Below the pieces are notes generated by a model. The model saw only the letters and a list, made by a program, of their open reading frames with translations, was not told where the DNA came from and did not search any database. Position numbers and translations under genes: made by a program. Shown piece by piece: positions 10,638 through 21,460 of a stretch of 64,000 bases of DNA. How positions within the stretch are numbered: the stretch's first letter is position 1; each line of letters starts with the position of its first letter. The stretch spans positions 496,001-560,000 of the forward strand of contig SMSO01000005.1 in NCBI GenBank assembly GCA_004764695.1. The letters are read 5' to 3'. The DNA comes from Schizochytrium sp. TIO01 (Eukaryota > Protista > Bigyra: Labyrinthulomycetes).

Positions 10638-13600
10638 ATGTATCGCTCGGAAGATTCGCCGAGATCTACACCGTATGCAAGGAAGCGTCAGTATTCCAGT
10701 ACTGCAGCAACCACGCTTCGTCCGAGGAGTGCTTACACAAACTCGCACTACTTAGGAAATGAGCAATCAAAAACACCAATTGCCCGCGCTTCCACGCCAG
10801 CAGGGCGAATTCCACAAAGGCAGAAAGCCTTGCAATGGGGTCAAGGACTCGCTTCAGACGCCACGCCTTTGCGCTCAAGCCTAAGGCCCCGAAGTGCATT
10901 TCCTGGCAAGTCACCTGAACCTTCGCCTAAAGTAGAATCAGAGTCATTTCTTTTTCGACAGAGCATCATTGCACATGCTGCACAGCATACTCGTCCAACA
11001 CGACCAGAAAGTGCTCCTGGGAGAGATCGAAAGAGCACCGCTCAATCTGATGGATGCTATCGCCCACCAAATTCAACAGCATCCAATTCTGCTATTCATC
11101 GAAGCTCGCCGTCAGTAGAAAAAACTTTGGCGAACTACCTGGCAACACTTAACCTACAATCTGGCTCAATGGACATGGCCACCGCTCAGACATCACTGGC
11201 AACATCAGAACGCCCCGTGAAAACTCTCTTGTTTTCCTGGGGTTCAAATTGTCAAGGTCAGTGTGATGGAAAGTCAACTGGCGAAGATATTCGTGACCCG
11301 GTTTCGTGTGATGATCTCATTGTTCAAGCTGAGGTTATATCATCCTCTAGGTATCTATCAGAAAAGACTGTGGAACGTATTGCTTGCGGGCGATATTCTA
11401 CTGTAGTTCTTTGCGAAGGCAGTAAACTTGCGTGTTGGGGGAAAACACTTGGGCGTCAGCAGAGTCTTGTGTCTCAACTAAAGGTTCCATCTGCTCTTGT
11501 GACTGGAAAACTACGAATTTCTTCCTTTTCCTGTGGTGATGAACATGTTGTTGCTCTCCTTGAAGGTGGCCTTGTAGTTGGATGGGGCGCCAATGATGTC
11601 GGGCAGCTTGGTCCAAATCACCCTAGTACAGCACCAAGTGACATGGCTGTGTCACTGCCCTGTTTTATGGAAGCTGCGGAACGCATCGTTGAGGTTGTAT
11701 GTGGTGCACGTTTCACATTAGCCGTGTCTAGCTATGGGGAAATACTTGGGGTAGGAGCCAATGAATCTGGCCAACTTGGTTCCGGAGTCATGCAGGCGGC
11801 ATGTCGTAAAGCTTCTAAGATGAGGCTGCCTTCTGGTTTTAAATTAAAACAGATTGTGTGTGGGTTAAGTCATTCACTGGTGCTTTCTCAGAAAGGAGAG
11901 ATATGGGGGTGTGGTAAAAGTGGATGTCTAACCGCGGCACCAGGTGAAGATACAGCAGACCTGATGACCTTAACTCCCCAAAAGCTTGACCTAAAGCTTG
12001 AACAATCGATTATGAGTGTCAATGCAAATGGATTCTGGAGCTGTATAACACTTGACCAAGGTGGCGTGGCTGCATGGAATTCTCAATCAAGTGAGCTTAC
12101 AATATTGAGTTGTCTTCAACACAAAGGAGCAACTATGCGACAGGCTTGTGTTGCTGCTTGCGGGCGAGTTGTTGCGGTATCCTTTGCATGTAATGTATAT
12201 ACATGGGAAGATCCCTTCACTAAAGAAGAACCAAAGGTATACAACCATTTCGCATCTCAGGGAGCGAAAGTTAATTTTGTTGCAGCTGGAGGTGAGCATT
12301 TTGCTGCTGCTCGGCTCAGGCGACCGTCTCAGCCACTTTTGGAATTCAAAGAAAAACCTAATGTTATAATTCAGCCCCTTGTACCATCTGCAAGTGAGTC
12401 AATTGCTTGGGGTGCTGGTTTAGGGCGAGGAATAGCTTCACGTGAAGCATGTCGAGGAAACGAATTTCAAGTTCAACTGAAAACCGCGAGCAACGGTCTT
12501 TTCAAGCCATCAGCTGAAGATCCTCTTGAATATAAGGTTTCATTAGAATTGTGGAGGGATGCGCTTTGCGAGAGGGAGCCGATTAAGGCCGATGTACGTG
12601 TTCGTCATCTCGGCCAGGGGAGGTATGTCCTTTCGTATGGAGTGGCGAAAGCAGAAGATGTATGGTTGGCGATAAAGTTGGGCAGTGAACATATTGGAAA
12701 GAGCCCAGTCAAGGTCACCATTGAACCCAGTGCGCTGCATTTAGGGTCATGTACTGCTCGATTTTGTCCAGACTCCTGCATGGTTTTGGTCGACGAGCGA
12801 GACGTGTGCGGAAACATTTTACCACCGGGTCAAGCTTCAAGAGCAACTACCTGGAGCGCTAAGTTTTTTGGCATGGATAAACAGGACTTACTCTGGGAAG
12901 GACCTACTGACACCGCTGTCCCTGAGAATTTACGTGGGGTGTCTTCAATTGACGTTGTTCACACCAGTTCACAGTTTGTTCTTAAATGTGCGTGTGACTC
13001 TACTGCGTCAATTTGCAAGAATCCTATATGTCTTTTGAGCGACGAAATTCTCTCTCACTATAAACCATGTTTGTGTGAAGCGGTGATTGTAGAAGGCTCT
13101 CCTATTGTGCTAAAATTTAATGAGGCTTTGAAGCTTGCTGGTGAGCTAAGGTTTTGCTTTGAAGGGTCCGCACTTCCCTCAGCCCGAAAGTCACTTGTGA
13201 AGGGCCTGATGCAACTGGAGATCGACTCTCCGGATATGCTCGGCACATGTGTAGTGCATTGTGAAATGGTTCTGCATAGTGAATTTTCGTCGAGATGGTA
13301 CTCAGCGCAAGAAAGCTTCGCTACTTTTGACCTAAGTTTAATTATTGTATCGAAGTCTACAGCTCAGTTTGCGGCGACATCTCGACTTGAAGCAAGTGCT
13401 CGTATTGACGCGGGCTTTATTTTCAGTACTGAGACAGAAGATTTGAGAACACTTTTATCAAAACCTGAACGCATTTTATTCGATGCTAACACTGATTGGC
13501 TTGTGCAAAAGGCTTCTTGTGAAGCGCGCGATTTATGTGCTTACATTCCGCTGGATGCAGTCATGGTGCGTGCGAAGATTCTTGCAGGTATATCGTGCGA

Positions 13601-13829
13601 GTGGACGAGATCGACTATGGGTATGCTTCGTTCTGTAGAGGTTTCTACAAATTTTGCTAAGGCAGTTATGTCATCATGTGAGAGTCACCATAGGCTTAAA
13701 CTACAGGCAGTGTTGTTTAAGTATTTATGTGATGAGTGTTGGGTTCCATGCGCAGTGCATGCTTGTGGGGATTGTCTAATAGGTATTGAGAAAAGGCCAT
13801 TTTCCTTGTCTCGTCCAGACCAGCGTTGA
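10638..13829 (+). CDS. RCC1-repeat (beta-propeller) protein with a filamin/ABP280 Ig-like repeat
   Basis: RCC1 repeats: LFSWGSNCQGQC, IACGRYSTV, FSCGDEHVVAL..GWGANDVGQLG, VVCGARFTLA..GANESGQLG, IVCGLSHSLVL, VAAGGEHFAA. Filamin-like segment: AWGAGLGRG..NEFQVQLK..VRHLGQGRYVLSY..LAIKLGSEHIGKSPVKVTI. First ATG at 10638. Confidence 0.82.
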   Translation: MYRSEDSPRSTPYARKRQYSSTAATTLRPRSAYTNSHYLGNEQSKTPIARASTPAGRIPQRQKALQWGQGLASDATPLRSSLRPRSAFPGKSPEPSPKVESESFLFRQSIIAHAAQHTRPTRPESAPGRDRKSTAQSDGCYRPPNSTASNSAIHRSSPSVEKTLANYLATLNLQSGSMDMATAQTSLATSERPVKTLLFSWGSNCQGQCDGKSTGEDIRDPVSCDDLIVQAEVISSSRYLSEKTVERIACGRYSTVVLCEGSKLACWGKTLGRQQSLVSQLKVPSALVTGKLRISSFSCGDEHVVALLEGGLVVGWGANDVGQLGPNHPSTAPSDMAVSLPCFMEAAERIVEVVCGARFTLAVSSYGEILGVGANESGQLGSGVMQAACRKASKMRLPSGFKLKQIVCGLSHSLVLSQKGEIWGCGKSGCLTAAPGEDTADLMTLTPQKLDLKLEQSIMSVNANGFWSCITLDQGGVAAWNSQSSELTILSCLQHKGATMRQACVAACGRVVAVSFACNVYTWEDPFTKEEPKVYNHFASQGAKVNFVAAGGEHFAAARLRRPSQPLLEFKEKPNVIIQPLVPSASESIAWGAGLGRGIASREACRGNEFQVQLKTASNGLFKPSAEDPLEYKVSLELWRDALCEREPIKADVRVRHLGQGRYVLSYGVAKAEDVWLAIKLGSEHIGKSPVKVTIEPSALHLGSCTARFCPDSCMVLVDERDVCGNILPPGQASRATTWSAKFFGMDKQDLLWEGPTDTAVPENLRGVSSIDVVHTSSQFVLKCACDSTASICKNPICLLSDEILSHYKPCLCEAVIVEGSPIVLKFNEALKLAGELRFCFEGSALPSARKSLVKGLMQLEIDSPDMLGTCVVHCEMVLHSEFSSRWYSAQESFATFDLSLIIVSKSTAQFAATSRLEASARIDAGFIFSTETEDLRTLLSKPERILFDANTDWLVQKASCEARDLCAYIPLDAVMVRAKILAGISCEWTRSTMGMLRSVEVSTNFAKAVMSSCESHHRLKLQAVLFKYLCDECWVPCAVHACGDCLIGIEKRPFSLSRPDQR

Positions 13830-14407
13830 TGAGCATTTTTGTAAACACGCAAAAAGAAACGTTGTACCTTACTCTGCGACAGTTGAAACAGATTCAATGA
13901 TTTATAGAACCCTTCCCCCTTTTATTTTAGTATTGCTAACATCAATCTTTGTTTTGCAGTTCCTGTTTTATTTGAAACTACGCAATGCTTTGCTCTTTTA
14001 AACTGTGAAAGTTAACAGCAACTATTTGTAAAAAAGACCAGACATGAGCTTGGATTGGTTTGATTTTCTAATTTAAGAAATCTACGTGGGGCAAGTAGAA
14101 CAAGTAGAACAAGTAGAACAAGCAGATTAATGAAGACGAGAAGGGAAGCTGAGCATGTAGAAACAAAATTATGCTACGGCGAAGGACAGGGCACGATTTA
14201 TTTGTGAAAGCACTCTTTTAAGCAACTGAAAAATGTTGACACAAAGACTAAGAAAATGCCAAATTTTGAGGCAGCCTAATTAAGCCAATTGTTTCACATA
14301 TAAAATACGTCCATCTCCATGCCTGATAAGATTCTGCTACGAGTAGCAGTGTAGGTGTGTTTAATGTGAGTAATATTGTTATTGTTTGTTTGGTGTAGTT
14401 GGGGCTT

Positions 14408-15274
14408 TTACTTCTTCTTTGGCTGTGTGACATCCTCTGCACCCTCCTCCTTGGGCACGCCGTCGATGACCGAGGGGTCGTTGTCGAGCTCAAGTCCGAG
14501 CATTTCAAGACGATCCTGACGGCGCTGATCCTTGTTGAGCGCGATGCGCTTTCTCATCTGTCTGATAGCTCCATCCTTGACGGTAAAAGTCGCAAGAGAA
14601 AGGTCCCTGGCGTAGTACAGCTTTGCTCTGCGCACGCGCTTCCTTGCCCTGTGAAGGAAGGCCTTCTGGATCACCTTGATGTCCTGAATCAGTGGCGAGT
14701 AAAGCGGCATGATGAACTCCACGGGGGTGCCTCCAATCGTGCAGATTACCCTGAACGAGGTCGACAGCTGGTTCCTGTGCATGCCCAGCACCATGCCTCG
14801 CACCCGAGTGTACCTATCGCTCTGGGTGCTCACCTTGTATGTCACCTCAATTGCGTCTCCACTCTGAAAGTAGGGAAGGTCGCGAGCACTCTCAACTTTC
14901 ACCATTGCCTCGGTGTTGAGCTGCGAGAGCAGTGATGCGGCGTGCTTGAAAGGGGCCTTCTGCTTAGTCCAGGTGTACTTCTTGGTTGTCGGTGAGGCCG
15001 GGAGGTCACGCTCGTGGGCGAGCTGTGCAGGTGCACCGAGTCCTCCGGCAGGCTGCGGACCATAGCGGTTGAGCACGGGCTTGCGGTTCATCATGGCGCC
15101 GACCTTGGCCTCGAAGGAGGCCTCCAGCTTGCGCTCGCGCTTGAACTCCTTTGTGGCCAGACCGCGCAGGCCCATGAGCCGCGACGCGGAGGTCGCGGGG
15201 GCAGCCGGTGCGGCGTTGGAGAAAGAGAGAGGGCCCATGCCCCAGCGGGCGAGGCCTCCCAGGCGGCCGAGCAT
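14408..15274 (-). CDS. MRPL19: Mitochondrial ribosomal protein bL19m
   Basis: LPYFQSGDAIEVTY, VRGMVLG, SFRV, VEFIMPLYSPLIQDIKV and RVRRAKLYYARD are L19 signatures. Arg/Ala/Leu-rich N-terminal presequence; GC3-rich codon usage. Confidence 0.92.
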   Translation of the reverse strand: MLGRLGGLARWGMGPLSFSNAAPAAPATSASRLMGLRGLATKEFKRERKLEASFEAKVGAMMNRKPVLNRYGPQPAGGLGAPAQLAHERDLPASPTTKKYTWTKQKAPFKHAASLLSQLNTEAMVKVESARDLPYFQSGDAIEVTYKVSTQSDRYTRVRGMVLGMHRNQLSTSFRVICTIGGTPVEFIMPLYSPLIQDIKVIQKAFLHRARKRVRRAKLYYARDLSLATFTVKDGAIRQMRKRIALNKDQRRQDRLEMLGLELDNDPSVIDGVPKEEGAEDVTQPKKK

Positions 15275-17154
15275 GGCGAGAGGAAGGGAAGGCTGCGTGC
15301 TCCGCAAGCGCTGTCTCCTCCGCGCTTTGAGTGAGTCTGCTCTCCTCTTTTCTCTCTCACTCTTCCTCTGTTGGTCGTCAAAGCTCTAGAGAGGCAGGAA
15401 AACGCACAGTGCAACAAAGGCGCACAAAGGGAAAGTAACCCTATAGTTCACTTGTAGCCAAATATATACACAGCCGAGTAAACGAGACAAGTGAAACAAA
15501 AACACGCATATGCTTACTTACATGAGCAGGTCAGTCATAAGTACCTACATTCTTCATACAGACAGACACTGGAAAATGCCGTGAGGTTTCGACTCGCGAG
15601 GGTCGGGTTGGTTGAGTTCATTTCTTGATCGAGCGTTTACAATGATTGCGTCGAGGTCATCCATCGTCTCTCGCGAACTCATTACACGATGGTGTATTTT
15701 AGTCACCATTTTCAACCTGAGCTGTTCTTCCTTTCACTTTATAGACAGACAGCAGCACTTCATGGACCTACCTGTTCTTGTCCTCTTTTCAGGCGCAAAC
15801 TTGGCCGATTGATCGTTTCAATCACACAAAGCAAGAACAAAGCAAACTGCACCAATGCTGCTTCATGCTGCTTCATTCGCAGAGGAAACAGCCGATGCTA
15901 CGAACCCGGGCAGGTAGTGCTAGATGTTTGTTTATTCGTTCGCTTACCAGTCTGCTAGAAGTCCTAACTACGACCATAATTGTGGCAGGCAGCCACATCC
16001 TGTGGGCGTGAGCATAACTCACTTGCAAGGTGGTTTACTATAGGTTATAGGCTATTTTTACTATAGAACAAAGGCCATTAACTGTGATTCATGTGGCCTT
16101 TGCAATCGCAAAGACTGGTAGTGTTTGGGGTAGATAGGGGCTATGAGAGCAGCCGCCAATGAAGGACAGGAAGCTAAGCCTCCTCCGTGCGCGGTGCGAA
16201 TTAGGGTTGTTCAAATTCGAATAGTTTTGGAAAAAGAAGATAGAGTTGGGAGTGATTGTGACTTGAGGAAACATGCAGATTAAGTTTGAATTGCTTCATG
16301 CAGCAGCATCATCTTCTGGTTTTGCTAAAGTGGTAGTACGCAAGGCTGATCATTATTTTCGTGTAGCACGATGTAATACTGGTTGGGCTCTGAAACGGTC
16401 GCACATCAGTCAGAGTCCAAAATTTATACTACCAGCCAGCCATAGCAAAAGAACAATGCATTTCCTGAACTTGCGTTCACACCGCTAGAATAAAAACAAG
16501 AGAGTAATAAATTCGTTCTTTCTATAAAATTTCTATCAAAGGGAGAAACGAGAAATGAAGTGACACGCGCTCAACAACATAGGAGTCGGTCGTGAGCGGG
16601 TTTATCTACGGAACGTCTACAAAAGGGCTGCGTGCTGCTGTTTTATCAATTTTGCAAATGGGGTCGGGTGATGATGGATTGGTTGATTGGATAATTTAAT
16701 GAGCTCTGCGAAATAAGAGACCGCAATAAAACTGAAACGAAGACGAGGTGGCCAGACAATGAAGCTAAATCGGCCGAGGCACGGACTTTCTTCGCGCAGA
16801 GCCAAATTGATAAAAAGTGGGCAACATGCATAGTGAAGCAGGTATGTACTGCTACTCAGAAGTAAATTTGTAGCCGCTGGAATCCGCCAAAAGAACGCGA
16901 ACAAAGAATTGAGAATAGTTTGGTCATGAATAACATCGAATAGAATGTTGATCCCGCTGATACAAAATGCTGCCACAGATGATCTTTTCAGACACAGAAA
17001 AAAGAAAGCAAAGACGGTGTGAAGAAAAAATCAAAGTTGTTCACGGGCATCAAACAAGCATTCACGAGGAAGCGGGACTTTCAGCAACATGGAAAGCATA
17101 AAATCAAGAGGTCAAGAATATCTTGTTCGAAGGAACGGGATATCTTGCTTCTGA

Positions 17155-18736
17155 TTATTCGCTCTCAGCGGTGCTCGGCATCTCACTATGGGCGAGCGCA
17201 TTACCATAACCGTAGCCCTTGGGACCCAACTTTTTCTTATGACAACTGCGTTAAATTCACCCTCCAAAACAGTTGTACGATTAATCCAGAAATATGAACC
17301 AAAATGTGAAAATGTGACGTAAAATAGCACAGGGCACATGTTAGTCGAAACGTTTTCCAATCTCCCTTTCAGTACGACTCTGGCGCATTCGTAACTAGAT
17401 ACTCTTTGATAGTAATCATTAGCGAATAACCGAAGTTAACTCTATCTATTCTACTTTAAATGCGCGTCTACGTGAATAACTGCTTATATTCAACAAAATT
17501 ACCCATATTTGACCTCAAGTAGAACTGATTAGAACATCAAAAGACCACTTACTTTTCACAGTAGGCAACACCACCACTATCCGTGAACTCGCCCTTGTTT
17601 AGACGCTTGTTGCACTCAGCACAACGGAAGCAATCCTTGTGCCAAGTTGCGTCAAGGGCAGTGATGCGCTCGGCAAATCCAACAGACTTGCCACACTTAG
17701 CGCACTGGTTGCCAGAACCTGCCATAAACGAGGGGACAGCTGAGGCAATCGACTTGCCAAGAGACTGGCGCAAAGTCTTGCGTGAGCTGCTCTCCTCAGC
17801 CTCGCGGGCAACGGTAGACTGTGCATAATCTACCTTCTCACCATCGCCACGAAGACCGGTCTCGCTCAGCGTACCAAAGCCGAAGCCCTTGGGACCGCTA
17901 TGTAACCATCAACAAGATAATAATCAGATTGCAGACATGCAGTGAAGGTTGTCATTTATGAATGAAATGTCGGCCATGACTTACTCAAGCCAAAAAAAGT
18001 TAGTTCTTGTTCTTCTCTATCACCTTTTGAAGAAGCAACAATTGCATCGCATGGCCGATCAAGGGGTTCACATCTTTACAAATGGGCGCACGCAACATGA
18101 ATGCAGGACTCCTTTATCATCGTTAAGAGTCAAACTTACAAGAGCTTGCCGTGGCAGGGGCGGCAGTACGGCATACCGTCATGTTCGGCCTGAGCTCCAA
18201 GCTGAAGGGTCTTGTTGCAGTTCGTGCAGGAGAAACATGTCTTGTGCCTACAACTCAAACCATATTAGCACCGGCCATAAGCATTGCATTCCACAAAGAG
18301 ATGTAGTAGGTGTCCGATTATCATTTCAATCCATCATAGTAAGTAAAACGCCAAATAAATAAGAATCCATTGTACAAAGCACGTTTCATACAAGAGTCCA
18401 GTTGTGCTTCAAGTCAGTTTTCCGAGGTCCATTTTGCAGGTCTTACTAATGACCGTGCGCCGCCACTCCAAACTTCGAGCATGAAAGCCCTCTTTCGCAG
18501 GGTCTTGGTCCCGTCGCCCTATGCATGTGCAAGTGAGCGAGTGAGGGAGTGAACAAGTAAAGATGTAGCGCACGAATAAATGATCAAGTAAATTGGCCCG
18601 CCACAATGAGCAATTCGTTCACCCCCAAGTTCTCAAGCCAGACGTACCAGTCCTCGCCCAAAGCGCGGACGCGCTCATTGAAGTAGACAGCCTTACCGCA
18701 CTTCGGGCACTTTGGGGATCCTCCAAACATCGACAT
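17155..18736 (-). CDS. Cysteine-rich two-LIM-domain protein (CRP/CSRP/MLP type), 4 exons
   Basis: Exons 18736-18648, 18247-18140, 17897-17553 and 17245-17155 have GT-AG junctions and total 633 nt, in frame. LIM1 [29 protein letters not shown] is followed by [12 protein letters not shown]2 [25 protein letters not shown] is followed by LGPKGYGYG. Confidence 0.93.
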
Positions 18737-21460
18737 CTTCCCAGCGGCCAAGAAAGTCCAAGCGAGCGAGTGATCGATCCTTCAATTTAGAGTATTAGCG
18801 TTTTGCTTTGCTTTCCTTATTTGGCTCTTTATTTCCATCTTAGTTAACAGTTCTCACCACTCCTATGGTTTATGTTATACACAGGTTATCAATGCTAATG
18901 CACACTCTTTGTTTGCTACAGCCAGCTTGAATTATATTTGTTTATTTATCCTCTTCGCAATTTGGCCTACGTTTTCATTTCAGGTATGCATGCCAGCGTA
19001 AACATGGTCTCATGCTGAGTAGGCATCCAATTCTATCTTTTCAAACAACTGACCTAAGACACCACGCTAGTGTTAGTGTTGACCATCAGAAATTTCACAT
19101 GCTTGACGCACCACCGTTTTGCCATACCGTGGGACCTAGTACCACGATGGTTGTAAAAGTAATTTAAAAATCTATAGATGTACTACTACTAGGTAGGTAC
19201 CTAAATATTCTTAAAGAAAGAAGAATGTTTAACTCTGCGTTTTCTGCTTTTAGTACACATCGAATCCTAATGGTACTTATATACTGCTATAAAAATGGCC
19301 GCCTTGGGGTATGGGTAAAATAAAATACGGCTCGAATATCAAAGTTTTAATCATGGGTCCCACGCTCGTTCGCGCAGGGTTCATTCACGCATTCACGCAT
19401 GGTGTATGGGTGAGGTCTTTTGGAGATGGGTGCAGTAGAAGCATAGTACAATGGGGGGTTTCAACTTTGGCTTGGTGACTCTTATACCTTGAGTTTACTA
19501 GGTGCTTGCTTGCCTGGAAAGAGGGAGCGGATATTCATGTCCAAAACCGTGCGCGTGCGCACCATTTGCTGTTTTCTTTTTGTGAAAACCAAAAGTTCCT
19601 TTTCCTGTTGTAAATGAGAGTGTGTGCGTATTAGGCCTGGTACTAGCATTGGAGCCCTAATCGATTGGTAGAGTGTTAGAAGGACTCACCACCACGACCA
19701 ACCTTTTGTTCTTCAAGTCTGCGAGCAAAGATGAGAAAGTCAAATTGTACAGCACGTGCTGCACACTATTATGTAATGAGACTTTGCATCTTTGAATCGC
19801 TTGCTGATAACTTTCTCTGCATTTGACGACATACTAAATTAAATTTTTTGTTGTTAGTAGATCAACATCGGAGAGAAATGCCAAGCCAACATTTTGCATA
19901 AATGTGGAGGCCCTAAGAACTTGTCTTTCCTCTGATGGCTTCCACCCTTTGCATCTTAGTACTATAAGGAGGGTGCGTAGGAGATTCCTTTTCTAAAAGC
20001 TCGAACCAAAACCACCTTAATGGAGGGATAGCATCAACTTGAATTTTTAAAGCATAATGATTGTCGTGATATACTAAATAACCCTGTTCAAACCAAGCTT
20101 TGGCTTCTGATCACCAAACTGTAGAAATGTCTTACTTTAAAGAAGAGCATCATGGTACTTTGTTAATAGCACTGTGCATTTTATTGCACCGCAAGAAGCT
20201 TATCTCAACAGATACGACCCAATTATTGAATTCCATTACTGATCTGCAAACTCAACACCAGTCCTTTCTTAAATGCCAATAGATAATTCCCCCTTGGTGT
20301 TCCCAACGTCGTTTGCTTGCTTGTGCTGACATCACGATGCTTGTAGTCTGAAAACTGTAATGGTCATCTTCGAAATCACTGAGTTGTCCAGTTCTGCTGC
20401 TACATTTTCGTACTCGTCACTTTTGAGTGCCACTTAATCCCTGCATTTATCACAGCAGCGATAAGCCCACTCCGGATGACCTCCACGCCGCAAGAGCCCA
20501 AAAGCTAGTCAGATGCTGCGTCAACAACTTCTTGAACGAAGCGCTCCACAGGTATTCTATGCTTCCGCATAACTGCTCGCTAGCGATTCCCAGCGCTGCT
20601 GGCGCGTCCAGCCAAGCTATTCAATAAGAACAGCTCTAGGCCTCCCCACCTTTCTCACCATTAGCGAAAAAGAACGCGTTCTATACGCCCTCCAGTGAAT
20701 CGTACCACTACCATCACGCCTATTAATAACACTACTGCTGCTACTGCTACCAGTCCTGCTAATTCTCGCAGAACTGTAGAACCGCCAAGTCCCAGTCATT
20801 CCGCTACGCGATGGTCTTTGACGCGGCTGTCGCTTCAGAGACGAGTTAGGGCTGCCCTCTCAAGGCAGGCTTTGCCCTTCAAACCGCAGGAGCCGCGCCT
20901 TTGCAGAAGCCGTGGGCGTCTCGGTTTGCTGTAGGACCAGTAGTAGACTGTGCAAGAGCCCGGAGAACTGGCGGCGCAGTGCTAAGGTTTAAGTTAAGAG
21001 GGCACTATAGGCCCCTCCGTTGACGCTTCATAGCTGTCAGGGAAGAACTAGAATTGAAAGAAAGGAAAATAACTGGCTATTCGAAAGACAGTGAGCGTTT
21101 ACTTGCGTTACTATAGAGATTAGGAATCCTTTACTATAGACTTTTGAAAGCCCCGGAGTGAGTTATTCTGTCAAAAGTACCTACTAATACCGCCTAGTTA
21201 TTGGCTAGTTTTCAAGAAGTGGGAAAGGAAAGGAACAAGAAGCAAACCTCAAACTGCATTCAAACAACCACCCAGTCTGTCGATCGAACTGTTCGTTGGC
21301 TGGCTGCCGGCGACCGCTCGAGAGACCTGCCCGGCGCGGTTGGCTGTGAGGATCCTCCCGGACCGTCTCCACTCAGCTCCGTGAGCGAGTCTTTGTTTTA
21401 GTCTTCGAACAGACGACAGGTCTTGGCTGAGACCGTAGTTGGTTGGCTGTGGCTGTCACG

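Noticed and set aside
15575-15610. tRNA-like GGTTTCGACTC T-loop
   Set aside because: It has an extra base in the motif, and no acceptor, D or anticodon arms could be built.
15554-15709. 51-codon minus-strand ORF ending in CaaX-like CLSV
   Set aside because: It is short with no recognisable homology; it may be an exon, but there is no support without transcripts.
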